Source: Paraspadella gotoi (Eukaryota; Animalia; Chaetognatha). From it: a stretch of DNA of 64,000 nt. Shown piece after piece: positions 25,494 through 38,700 of this stretch (position 1 is its first letter; each line of letters starts with the position of its first letter). A program made the translations under genes and the position numbers. The notes beneath the pieces are model-generated. The model was not told the DNA's origin. It did not search any database and saw nothing but the letters and a program-made list of their open reading frames with translations. The DNA lies in NCBI GenBank assembly GCA_051294375.1, contig CM119269.1:2083601-2147600 (forward strand), in the 5' to 3' direction.

Positions 25494-25639
25494 GAGAGCC
25501 AAACTGGTTACCCTTCGAAAAGTCTCTCTCTCCTCCTTTCGCTTCACCGCCCTCGTCCCGCTACTTCACGTGAACGCCGATTTTCTTTCGGCTTCTTATC
25601 TGCGTCGGCCCGAAATTCGCGGTTCCGGTTTATGTGTCC

Positions 25640-25815
25640 CTTTAGACCAATGAGCGCACGAGGCCTCAGGACTTGAGTCCAATAACCCACGCACCAAAAC
25701 TGACCAATAAGACGCCGACGCAAATAAAAATCGACTAATCGGAAGGCGGACCGTTACGGAGCGCGACGCGAAATGGAAAAACTTCGTCCCAAATGCACAG
25801 CCGCGACCAATGGGT
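25640..25815. promoter_or_regulatory. CpG-rich intergenic region with clustered CCAAT boxes (putative promoter)
   Basis: CCAAT at ~25648, 25679, 25704 and 25808, plus CTAATC at ~25735, all in the same orientation and three of them ~25-30 bp apart. Target gene unknown. Confidence 0.4.
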
Positions 25816-27275
25816 AAAATCGAACGATCGGAGATAGAGACGAAACCTTTTTCGTCTTTTCTGACTTTAATCGCTTATCGCGAAATCCAAATGTTCCGGC
25901 GAGCGACTTTGAAGGTTTTTGTTTTACGGGGGTTGGAAGGAAATCGGGGGGAACAACGGGGTTCCGGTCGGAACGGTGATTGGCCCCTTTAGCGGAGATC
26001 GCATCGATAGGGAAGGAAGTGAGGACGAACCCGTTCGATGGATGGCAACGACGTTGACAATGCTCATTGCTAATTTGCGAAAAGTTGTTACGGAAGTCGG
26101 AAATGTTAATTGGAAGATAATTTAGAAATTATACGTATATTTCGTGTCTAATCTTTTTCGAGAGTTTTTTTTTTTCATCTACTCAAATATATCAAATTGG
26201 TAAAATTTATTCGAAAATTCTGCTGCGGTTATCAGTTAAGTTGTTCATATAGAATTAACTTAACTCATAAAGGAAACTCCATTCTGTAAAACGTAAGTCA
26301 CGTATACGTATCCCTTGTCAACAGTATACCGCAATAGAAATTTAGTGACTGTTAGAAAATACAATCTTTGAGAAAAATGTCAATGCCAGAACTTTACGTT
26401 TAGCACAGTACTACGTAGTTTCTAAACTAAAGCCTCAAAAGGGATTACTGAGATTTCACTGTTTAAACAGTAACTGATTTTGACTCCGACTCTCTGTTCT
26501 CTTCGCTGGTTCCATGCTCGGATCCTCAGGGCGTGACTTCAGCCTCATTCATCTTCGCGAGACGTACGACTCGTGAATATTCCGTACTTCGTGAATCAAA
26601 GCTCTCTCTCTCTCTCTTCTCTCTCTCGCTCTCTCTCTCCTCAAGCAGCCGCAGCAAGCCGCCGCTCTGCCGCTGTCGACCAAAAACCCCACGAACTCAG
26701 GACGGAGAACATAAGTCGCCGAATCCCCTTTCGCTCCGTGACTCCGTCTCTCTCGGGGTTTTGCCCTCCGGTTCCACGTTTCGGCTCCGACCGTTTGGCG
26801 TCCATTTCCTGTCACTTTTCGCCTTTCCTTTTACTCCTCTTCCTCCTCCTCCTCTTCCTCCGAGTCCGTCCACCACCCAAGAGATTTCTTCCTCCTTTCG
26901 ACTTTTTCGGTTCCCCGAATATAAAACTCAGATTTGCTCAGATTATGATTTAATCCAATTCGTCGACGCACGAGGAGTAAAACAAACGCAAACTCACGTT
27001 TTAATCTTTCATCGCGTTGAGACGGAAACTTGGAAAACTTGGATTTCAAGCGTGAAACTCTGTGAAAACGAAAATCTCGTGAAAAACTACAGGACTTAAC
27101 CGAATGAACACTAATAAAATCCTTTAAAATAGAAATTTAAGTTTCTAAAACGCCAAAGCCGAATCGGACTGCTTTTATTGTGCCATTTACCTACATTTCG
27201 ACTGTCACTTCCTGCAACGCCCTCTGTCAAAACAATTTCGATTCTACCACTAAAAAAAAAACCAAAAAAAAAACA

Positions 27276-29654
27276 ATGTCTCTCACGTCCTTCGTCCTCT
27301 CTCTCTTTCTCCTTTCAACTCTTCCTCATCTCGTCGCCCCAGCCCCAGCCCCGGTCCTCCCCCAGCCACATCCCCGTCCCCGTCACGCCTCCCCACGAGC
27401 TACTCAGTCCCGACACGTGGTGGCGCACGCGGTGGGCGACGACGTCACCTTCAGCTGCAAGTCGCCGTCGGTGCCGGTGATTTGGATTCGCGAGACGGAT
27501 CACAAACTCCTCGCCATCGGAGACAAACCCTACGAAGACTCCGTCGACGGGTGAGTTGGATTAAAGGATTTGCAAGGGTTCGAGGTTTTGAAGGAAGATT
27601 GTCGTGTCGTGACAAAAATTGCATCAGATTTTGCAGACAACTGCGATCAAAATAATCCTTGCTTTTATTATCTTAAAATTCATTGTAGAAAGAAAGAAAG
27701 TCAAAGGCCTCCTGTTTTAATTCAAAACCTCTCTTCTCCATCCAGCTCCAAATTCCGGTTCATGCTTCATCCCGAAGACCCTTCCGTCTACATCATGACC
27801 ATCGTCGACGTGCAGTTCGGCGACGGTGGCGCCTATCAGTGCGGAAAAGTGGAGACGCTGGTCCTCGTCGTCGTTGGCAAGCCCGTCTGCGCCATTTCCT
27901 CGGCGAAAGGCGCCGCCCAGCCGGAAGTGGTCCGGGAGGGAGATGCGGCGACGCTCACTTGCCGCGTCCAGTCGTCTTCGGCGCCGGACGCTGGACCAAA
28001 GCTCATCTGGCGCCACGCCAACCGTCTCCAAGACTTTCTCATCGGTGAGACGATCAAGAACGGCGCCCGAAACGTGACGTCAAACGTTCGTCGCTTCCGC
28101 CCGGCTTCTCGCGACGATGGACGCAAATACGTTTGCCAGGTGCGTCACCGCAACTGGGCGTCGCGTCGTCCAGCGCCCTCTTGCGTCACGCCGCAACTTC
28201 GCGTCGAGTACGGCCCCTCGGTGAAGTGCGAATGCAACGCCGCCTCGCCGCTCACCCGGCAAATCGTGTGTCACGTACGCGGCAATCCGCACCCATTCGT
28301 CGCCAACGTCTCGGAGCGTCTCTACCGCGACTACGGGATGCACCTGATGCGGTCGGAGCCGCAGCCGACGAGATCAGGCTGGAAAATCGTCTACGATATC
28401 AACGCCTTCTCCGAGGAGCAGTTCCTCGCCAACTGGCTCATCGTTGCGGTGGACGGAAGGAAGGATCTCGACATCATCGGGGATCATCCCTCCCTCTACA
28501 GAGTCGCCCTTTCAACCGCTTCCGACTTCTGGTCGAGCGGCAACACTCTCTTGGCCGATCTCTCCACCAACGAGACTACCTTCTATCCGCTGGAGTCGCC
28601 CGTCGACACCCACGGCTTATCCTCTGTGATAACCACAACCTCGAGTTTCATCCGGGCGAAGATGCATCCGAAGTTGACGCCTCGAGACGCCCTCGTCGCC
28701 ACCTTCTTCATCATCCTCGTGGTCGGCATCATCCTCGCCCTGCTGCTCTACGTGTCCTTTGGCTTCTTTGTGCGTCGCTGCTCGGGCTACTCCAAGTCGC
28801 CCTCTGACGACGAGGACGGAGAAGACACCGAGGCCGGGTTCGCCCTGATGCTGAGGAGAAAGCTGATTCCTTCGACGGCGGCAAAGGATAGCGCCGCGGC
28901 AGCAGCAGCAGCGGTCGCAGCCATTTCTATCTGGGAACCATCGAACCCAGACTCGCCGCATTTCGGAGTTTCCCTCGACGAAGTCATGCGACGCCAGCGA
29001 CGCCGCTATCCAGACCTGACGACGCCATGGATCCTGGAAGTCTTGACCGATTTGGCGCTAAGGCTAAAGGGTCGCAACACGACAGGCGTGTTTCGCCTTC
29101 CTGCCGACGCTGGCGTCCTAGCCGACCTCCGGCGCCGTCTAGATGAATACGACGCGCCGAAAGTCGGCGATCCCGGGGTCGACATCCACGCCGTCGCTTG
29201 CTTGCTCAAGCAATGGCTGCGCGAGACAAGGCCGCCACCTATCCCATGGCACCGCTACCACGAGTGCCTCGCCTCCATCGCCGACCCCAAGCGTTCCGTC
29301 AAGATCGTTCTCTCCCTCCCCACCGTCAACCGCGAGACCCTCCAACGCCTCGTCGACTTCCTCCGCCAGTTTTCCGAACTCGGCGACGAAGACGACGCCG
29401 CCGACTACGACGAGACGACGCCGACGACGCACATGCCGCTCGACGTGCTTTGCCTCGTGACTGCGCCGCTCATCATGCGGCCCAGCGGCATATCCCAGGG
29501 TGACGTGACGCAGCGGCTGCAGCGAGAGACGAATTTCATGAAGAATCTGATGCTGCATCTGCCGGAGCCGACGGCTCAGGTGACGCCGGCGATGATGACC
29601 GCGTCGGCGGCACCGCCGGAGGACGAGAGTCCAAGCGTCACCATCGACGTTTAA
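27276..29654 (+). CDS. Type I membrane protein: signal peptide, 2-3 Ig-like domains, TM helix and cytoplasmic RhoGAP domain (~727 aa)
   Basis: Exons 27276-27550 and 27746-29654 (phase-2 GT-AG intron, in frame). Signal peptide MSLTSFVLSLFLLSTLPHLVA; Ig1 VGDDVTFSC..VIW..DGGAYQC; Ig2 VREGDAATLTC..PKLIW..DDGRKYVCQVRH; Ig3-like IVCHVRGNP; TM ALVATFFIILVVGIILALLLYVSFGFFV; RhoGAP FGVSL..GVFRLP..HAVACLLKQWLRE..LPTVNRETL..APLIMRP. Confidence 0.9.
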
Positions 29655-30160
29655 AATCATTGTCGCATTTACATAAGCGAGATTGTCTAATTGATTGGTT
29701 CTGATTGATTGAATTGAATTGCCACATAATTAATATTGTTTGTATGCATGACGACTTAATCTGCGCCCCCTATCACCAAAGTGTACATATGGTTTGAGAT
29801 AACGTCGATTCCTACTTAGGTAAACTTTTTTTTTTACTCAAGTGGGAGAGAGGAAAAAAGATCTCCTTTGTACAGAGTTGCTGTAATGTTTATTGTAAAG
29901 TATCGCACGACTTCTGCAACTAAAGTCTTTACTGTACCTCAAATACTCATTGCTTTCTTCGTAACCTTTTTATCGGTTTCTACTCAGCGCCGCTTGCTAC
30001 TTGCCATAATCAAAGAAACAGATATAGAGTTTATTTAACGATTAATATTACTATTAATGTTTTTCTTTTCTTTTCCCGTTTGGGGATTTTATCGATTATC
30101 GGTTCCCGACTTCGATTCCATTGTTTCTCACTTTGCCCCGTTTTATGCCCTCGATCCCCC

Positions 30161-30264
<104 letters not shown>

Positions 30265-30384
30265 ATATTCTTTGTGTCCTTCGTGACTCTTGGTAACGGC
30301 CAAGTCGGGAACCAACCGAGTCTTTCCGGCTTGCAACGGGTCAGAGTTCGCATTCGTTTCGAGGTCACCGATTAGGAACAAAAG

Positions 30385-30426
<42 letters not shown>

Positions 30427-31037
30427 TCTCTCTCTCTTTCTCTCTCTCTCGCGATTGAATAGGCAAACCGAATGGAACCGAGATCGATCGATCGCTACCG
30501 TTGACTTTCTGATTTTCCCTCTCTGAGATTATAGTTTTATTTATGAACTTTTATCTATATATATAGCAGAAGAGATAGCAAAATTATTTATTTACATCGT
30601 TCAATTTGTATGTTTTCGTACCGTATGACTATGAAAATTTTGCAATAAAAATATCTACGCAAAATACATATTCTTAATTTGGAGAAACGTTTTTATTAAA
30701 GTCAGTCGATAATCTTTTTAAATTTTAGTTATTCAATGACCAGTGGTGACCACAAATGTTAAGTTTCTTACGTCGGAAGTTAAAACTATGTTGTCAAATT
30801 CACGTGAATAAAATCGACCGAACGACGAGCGCAGTTGGCTTTCACGGATTTTCCCCTCATTCACGCTTTGCTGAGTTCACTCAAATCCGCCGCCAATCTC
30901 CCGTGATTCGAAATCGGTTTCGGAAGACGTTTCCGTTCGGTCACGTGAGCTGTGATCAGCCGAAATTCCTTGGCAGCGACCTTAACAAACGGCCTTCACG
31001 AATCCGAGCTTAAGGGGAGAGTAAGAACTGAGGGAGG

Positions 31038-31068
<31 letters not shown>

Positions 31069-31525
31069 TAATCAGGCGCGGGGCTAATATCACAGGGACA
31101 GAGTGATCTGGACAGAGTGATCTGGTCGACGACCAAAAGAGAGAGATAATCAGAGGGAGAGAGAGAGAGAGAATGTTGAGTCGAAAAAGTCATTTCAATA
31201 CTAAGTTCCCCCGATCGTTAAATCGGAAGAGGCAAAAAGAAGTCCAGCCTTATTGACTCTTGACTGAAAGGGAAAAATAGAATGAGAATGAGATGTTGAA
31301 ATTAGAATATCCAAATATCGAAATAGAAACTTTTTTTGATATATTTTGCAATTTAAATGATCAAAAAAGATTGTTGTTCTTCGAGGAATGCGCTTCCTTC
31401 TTCCCTGACTGTTCTTCAATGCTTTTTGTTCTCTGACTGCCTTTCAGTCTTCACCGATTGCCTATTCCCGATTATTCTTTACGGATTATTATTCTTCAGA
31501 GATTTCTTTTTATTTATATTGTTGT

Positions 31526-32396
31526 TCACTGGTTCGTCTCCACCGAATTTCGATGGATTTTATCGGCGACTTCGGTGAGAAATCGATCTTTATCTTCCGG
31601 AAAACGGAAATAGAATTTGTTTCCGATGATGAATTTGAGTTCGAGACTGAGAGGGAATCCCGTGGAGACATGGATGACGGCGTCGACCGCTTTGACGTTG
31701 CGAGCGAAGCGAATCTCGTCCATGCAGTTTTGGCTTTCCTGACGATTAATTATTAAAATAATAGTTACAATTTCCTATTATCTTTTGACAGAAGGCGTGT
31801 ACACCGTTTAGTGTATACTGTATAGTATAAAGTCCAAACACTTAATTGGAGATTTTTCTGTCAATTTCCTCGCTTTCCTGAACTTGGGATCTATTACGTC
31901 ATGATATACAATTGGTACATTGTACAACCCAATATTTAAAGATGTCCAACTGTCCATTTCTTCCATTAGTATTTTCGTACGTAAGTCATAATAGTCAACG
32001 TAGTAGTTTCCACATATAATTCGTTTCAAACGACAAAAATATTGTAACAGATTCCAACCGCCTCCGTCAAGATTCGCCAGTCACCAACACCCCCCCCCTT
32101 CTCCCTCAACCACCCCAAACCTAACCCCCCCCCACAAACCACCTGATACTCTTTGCTGGTGACGGCGACAAAGAGTTTGGAACTCTCGATCCCGTCCGAC
32201 ATGGCCAGAGTCACGTGATCGCTCATCTGCTCCTCGTCGATCCAAACTTTGAAACCGGAAGACCTCAGCGCCGACGTCACCTCGCGGGCGACGGTGACGC
32301 CGGAGCCGCGCGAGGAGTAGGAGACGAAGACGTCGAAGGCGGCGGGGGCGGCGGGTGGGGCGGCGTCGTTTAAATTTTGAAGACCTTTAGCAAATA

Positions 32397-32488
<92 letters not shown>

Positions 32489-32560
32489 GATTAATATTAT
32501 GTAATAATTATTATTAATATTATGTATTGATTATTATCATTATTTTTATGGATTTTATGG

Positions 32561-32634
<74 letters not shown>

Positions 32635-33817
32635 TTTGTGGTTGTTGTCAAAACAATGATTAGAGAAACTCCCTTTTACCTGCTGCAGCATCCCCATCTT
32701 GGTTGTCAGCATCATCCTCCTCATCATCCTCCACTGTCTCCAAGAGAAGGCGCAAGACGTATCCCTTGACTTTCGGATCTTTGGTCAGGAACCCATGGAC
32801 CCAAGCCGGCCCCCACCCCTTGGGGTCATCCCCTGAAGCTCGGAAGAGGTCCCCGGCCAAAGCAGAGACCTGATCCGCCTCGTCCCAGTTCCAGTGGTCG
32901 GTCAGTCGGAATAGGGCGTTAGGGAGACGCGAGGAGCGCCGGAAACGTCGGTCGGGTCCAGGGCGTGGAGTCGGTGGATTGTCGGGGGAAGGATCGGGCA
33001 ATGTGTAGCCCAGAGGGCTTGGAATGTCGGCGGGAGTCGAGGGAGACGTGGGCTTGAAGGCGTCGATAATGGCGTCACACGCTACTGCAGAGATTGTAGA
33101 GGAGAGGTTGTCGCCGACGCCCCGGCCATTTTCGTCGACGGGCTCTTCCAACGGTCGCTCCGCTTCTTGGATCAACTTTTTTCCTCGGATCAAAGCCCTG
33201 ACGGCGTCCTCGGCGCCGCCGATGTCGCCCACTCGCAAGCGGCGCTCAATGGTGGCGCGTTCATCGTCCGAAGGGCGAAATCCTTGATCGACGAGAGCGG
33301 CGACGACGACGCCGGTAACGATATCCGCGTGGGAGGCGGCGAGGCCTTCCGGCCCGGCGGCGCAACCTTCCAGCTTATTCAAAACGACGCCGAAGATGTC
33401 GCCGTCGTCACGAACGGCGTCGCGTGCGGCGTCGACGGCGGCGCCGATTCGCGTCAACATTCCGACGGCGTCGATGCTCGAGTCCCACAACGCCGTGGCG
33501 ACTTTTCGATCGCTGGCAACGATTGATTCCAGCTGAGTCGCCAGTAGTCGGTCGAAGCGCTCCGAAGTCTCCAGGCGAAGGCGGATGAGATAAGGGACAA
33601 CGGGCTCGTCGGGGCTTCGAGTCGAGACCGGTTCGAGGGCTTGGAAGGGCGAGGAGACGTGAGTGCTGCTAGCGAGGCGTCGCGCCACCTCCGCTGCCAC
33701 GAAGGACTCGAGATCCTCGTGGAGGCCGTGACTCGCGGTCAACTCATGGAGGCGGCTCCAACCAGGAAGCCTCGCGGACAAACGGACGGGCGGATCGAAA
33801 GTTTTTTTAAGCGCCAT
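31526..33817 (-). CDS. Soluble TIR-domain protein (~530 aa, C-terminal TIR)
   Basis: Exons 32680-33817, 32143-32384 and 31526-31738 splice in frame (1593 nt). TIR motifs FDVFVSYS, LRSSGFKVWID, MSDGIESSKLFVAVTSKEYQESQNCMDEIRFA. No signal peptide or TM seen. Confidence 0.85.
32397..32634. repeat. (TAT)n microsatellite blocks in a TIR gene intron; (AAAAG)n tracts also at 9091-9250 and 17113-17480
   Basis: Direct inspection. Confidence 0.9.
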
Positions 33818-35797
33818 GGCGCCCAATTGACGGGGAGTGTAAGAAATTTAAATAATATAAAAAGAAACTTGTGACGCGCAGTTGGCTTCTTTGTCCGTTA
33901 TAGTTTATAAGGTTTAAAAGGTCGACGTCAAATTTATTTCAATAATTTAAATTAGTAGGAAAGGTCTGTTTTTATTTTAAATAAAAATCGTTGTTAAAAG
34001 AAAAACAATTTTGCTACCATCAAACATAACGAGAGTGAAATGAAAACTATCGAATAATTTAAATTAAAAAAAAAACTCAGTGATTTTTCCGATCTCCGTT
34101 TTCTGAGATTGAGATTAACGGGGAAAAAATGAAGTCGCGAGCTAGAATCAACGGCTAACATTCCAAACAACTAAATGTGCGGGCGAACTCAAACAGAAAA
34201 GGAAGCTAAGCGACGCACAGTGATCGAAATGAGGTTTTTTCTCGGAAAAACTATGCCAATAGTGCAATTAGTTGATTTTTAGTAGGTTGTTATATTGTAA
34301 GTAGTTATATTTTAAAAACTTTATTCGTTACCTTATAAAATGGTAAATATGTTTGTATGATTTTTTAAATTTGGTAAAAGAGAAAATAATTCTATCATGG
34401 TTTTCTTTGATCATTTCCTAAATTTTTTTTAGTAAAAACAGTAAAATAAAATTCTAAACACTAAATTTTGTATTGAATTAATCAAGTATCTAAATGTTTT
34501 TTAGTTTCCATCACAGCTTTCCAGTTTTAATATTATTTTAAATTTCCTTCCACAAAAATTTTTCATGGCCTTATAAATTAGGCGTCATCATAAAAACAAT
34601 GTTAATAAAGAGGATTATAGAATTGATGATAAGAAATATGATATAAGAATGATTCAGAATAAGACAATGATGTCAAAGTCCATATACCTTAGATATACCT
34701 AAATACACCTTAGCAACTCAGGATCCCTCAAACCCTTGGTCGAAGCAGAAGATTTCGTCAAACTGCGATCGCGCAATCTCTTTCGAGATTTGTCGCGCGA
34801 TTTCTTGCGATCGTCGTGTTGACGAGCGTGAGAATTAAAGTTTGATATGAAAAAGTAGTAATATCGAATGAAAGTTCCGATAATAATCAAAAAAAAGCGT
34901 TAAAAATAAGCGAAAGCGACTGATCACATTGAGCGCGATAAAATAAGTGACGCGTCCCCCGGCGTTAATGATAATTGGATTCAATTCTTTATTCTTTTAT
35001 CATTTTTTGCTTTTTTTTTTAGTTATAATTGTCCTAGTTAAGAACTAAGGTTTCTCTTTTTTTAAATTAAAATTTTCTTTTAAAAGAATATTGTACAAAA
35101 TAAATTAGTTGTATCAAATTTTTGTAAAAAAAATTATTTCAAAAATCATTTGGTTATAACTAACCATGCCGGACATGGCGGACAAAAAGTCAAATATGGG
35201 AGCTTCCTGATATGGTGAATCATTAAATGCAGTGGAAATGGCCGTGCTTCCGCGTGCTTCCATATAGACTTTAGGCTAGTATTTGAAAACTTATATACAG
35301 TAAAATGCTGTTCAAGCAATTTATAATTCAGTCCATGCAAACTATCCAGATATTGACAATGAGTAAAAAAAAATTAGGTTTTTATTGTTAAAATGACTAC
35401 AAATAACAAAACAAAGTGAGCTCCAAAAAAAGAAAAGCCTTATATCTCCGATATGAATAATTTTTACAACCCGATATCATAAGACAATGTTCTTGTGATA
35501 CACCTGGACGGATTAAACGAAAAATTATTAACATATGATGTACCACCCTTTTTCCGAGTAAAAAAAATATTTCGATGACTGTGCGACGGTTCGATTTTTT
35601 TTTGGATTAACTTTGTATGATCAATGTACGACATTTTGTACGTAAATTTTCACTTTTCGAGAAATTTGGCAATATTTTTTTTCCCCTTTGAGAAAATCCC
35701 ATCGTAGTCGGGCATTGATTGAAAGTATTATGCTTTTCTGCGGGGTGAACATCTTGCAATGCCCGACTCCAACGGAATGAACATACTGTTGAGCTCT

Positions 35798-38700
35798 TCA
35801 CGTAAAGACACCATCAGAAAAGCCATTTACCTCCATCATGCTGTAGAGCTCCAACATGTCCAACTTCATTGGTCCGATCTCCTCGCGGAAAAGCTCCTTG
35901 TCGTGTCGCTTCATCATTCGCCGTCGTTGACAAGGCTGATAGATTGAACAATTGATTTGTGAAATTGTTTGAATGATTCATTTGTTCAAAGAATCATTAA
36001 ATATGACGTTTGTTTGCTACTCTTATTGAAACCTCATACTTAAAAGCATAAGAAAAACCATTAAAAAATCATCATCTTCATCTTTCGATACTTTTCTTAT
36101 TTTTTTTTTATTAAGAAAACGTTTAATTATATTTTTTATTTAACTTTTTTGTTCTATCAGAATCCATCTAAAAAATTTAAGATTGATGAACAATTTTTTT
36201 TTCATTATATAGTAATATTGTAATTTTGATGGCAACATTAAAATTAAATTTTTGTTTAAATTCATTTTTTACCTGAAAGTAGAATTCAAGACTAAAGTTT
36301 TGAACCCCCGCTAATTTTGATTTTAAGCTTTACAGATTGATTAGGGATACTAAAAAAGATACTTAAAAAAAACAGATTCGTTTACCTATTCAAAAAATAA
36401 AAGCGATCAATTAGACCGAAAGTCTAACGAGTGTAAAGGAAAAATAGTTTGAAAAAAAGTCTATATAGAATTAGAAAGAGTTAAAAAAGGCAAACAAACT
36501 AGTAAGGTCGCTCGGTCCGACTGGAGAGAGAAAAGCACTTTGAAGAGGAAGAAAAAGAAAAGAAAAAGAGAAGAAAGAAAAATAGAAGAAAAAAAAAAAG
36601 AGAAGAAAGAAAGAAAGAAAAAAAACAGAGGAGAGGTTCCGACCTCCAATCGGCTTCCGACTTTTTTTTTTCTCGTTCACCTCTGAGAGACGAACAACAA
36701 CGACGACGACAACAACGACAACGACAACGCGACCAGGAAATCTCAGACGACTATTCGACTCGAGGACTGAAAAAGACGACAAAGACTATGTCCCCAGATA
36801 AAGTGGCGCTTTTTTTGCACATGAATGTACAGTGTACAATGAGTGTACACTGTAAATTGACACTGTACAATGACACTGTACACTAGAGTGATGTGAAAAT
36901 GATAAAATTTTAGAAAATGAAAATTTAGCATATAAAACATGAACATAAAAACCAATAAAAATATTTTGGTAAATTTATTTTTTAATTTTATACATTAGTG
37001 GGCACCAGTGAACTATATTTATATATAGTAATAAGTATATAATAGGCTAAAATTTCAAAATACAAATTTTTAAATTTTAAGATCGAATTTGGATTCCTTG
37101 TAAAAAGTTATCATAAGAAAGTACAATTCTTTTTTAAAAATTCTTTCATTAAGTTAGTCAAAAATGTAAAAAACTATATTTAAGACGCCGATTTTAAATT
37201 TCCAGCTTAAAAATATAGTTTTTTGTAATTTTAACCTACTTAATGACATAATTTTTGAAAAAGATTTATACTTTCTTTTATTAACTTTTAACGCGGAATC
37301 TGAATCTGTTCTCAGAATTAAAAAAAAACCATTTTGAAATTTTGACATTATATATGGGTAGTACTATATACAAAATAAGCTGACTGGGCTACTATATTTA
37401 TAAAAAAAGAAAAATAATTACAGATTAGTATTTACTAATATGATAGTTTTCAAGATATAACTGCTAAATTTTGATTCCAAACTTTCACTTCACCCTACTG
37501 TACACTGTACAATGACTGTCTTTAGAGAAAGTCGAAAATTGTATTTTTGTAAGGCTGACGTTTATGACGGTTTTTTGCAAGGGACCGGCATAAAAATATA
37601 TATTAAAAAAAATTAACATTAGCTCTTATATGATAAATGATAAACCATTTGGTGTCGCGAGGACAAGGCACGGAGACGCCGACGAAATAGACGGCGGCGG
37701 TACTGGCGGCGCTACTGGCGGCGGTTGCTAACGGTGTCGGAAGCGGCACTGTTTCTGCATTTTGTCAAGGCATTTATTCGTCGAAAAGAATGACTTTGGA
37801 AGATGATTCAGGAGATAAGTTGATAACAGTTGTCGTTGATGAAAAGTTAGGCTGCTGAAATTTGTGAAGAGTGAAAAACGGAAGGGACGGGGCGTTACTC
37901 TTCGCTGATTAGGAAAGGGCCGGAGAAAATGCTATTNNNNNNNNNNNNNNNNNNNNNNNNNATGCAATGGGAAAGGTAAAATTTCATAAATTTAAGGACT
38001 CGGGGATTGAAAAGCGCGAATCTTCGGGAAAATAAAGTTTTTAAGATTGTTTGTAATAAATAAAATTCATACGAGGAGAAGTCTTGGGCGAGGAAAGAGG
38101 TATGGGATAATGGGATCAGGATTGACGCCTTCAAACATTCGAATTCGGATTTTTTCGGGTGGGGGTGGAAAGAGAGTATCTGGATATTTAATGAATTTGA
38201 TAATATTTTTTTAAAACAAATGATTAAAAGTCATACATTGTAAGATATTAACGATATCTGCCTTTTCGTGGAGGAAGCTTTTTCTGTCTGTCTGTGCATT
38301 TTCAAAAACAAGTGTAAAGCAAAACTATATGAGTAGTGAAATAATAGTTTGAAAATCTTTATTGTGCAAAGAAGAAACTGGATATGTGAACGCTAATAAA
38401 GAAATTTATAAAATAAGGAAAAAAATCCATATACATATTTTTATTTTATGATTCCGTCTAATTAGGTTCCTTTAAATTTCATCAAAAACTTTAATTTAAA
38501 ATTTTTGACATCATGCCTTTGTTTGAGCTTTAATTTGCGCAAATTAGGAAAGGATACAAGATAAATGATCATAACTGTAAAACCGAAACACGAGTCATTC
38601 ATAAACTTAAGCATAGCTATAATCAATTCCCAATGCCATTTACAAGTAATTTCCATGACACTGAGGACAAACCCTACGACAGAATAGACTGTAAAAGATG

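Noticed and set aside
32497-32769. Poly-Ile/poly-Tyr ORFs
   Set aside because: Translations of the (TAT)n microsatellite in an intron.
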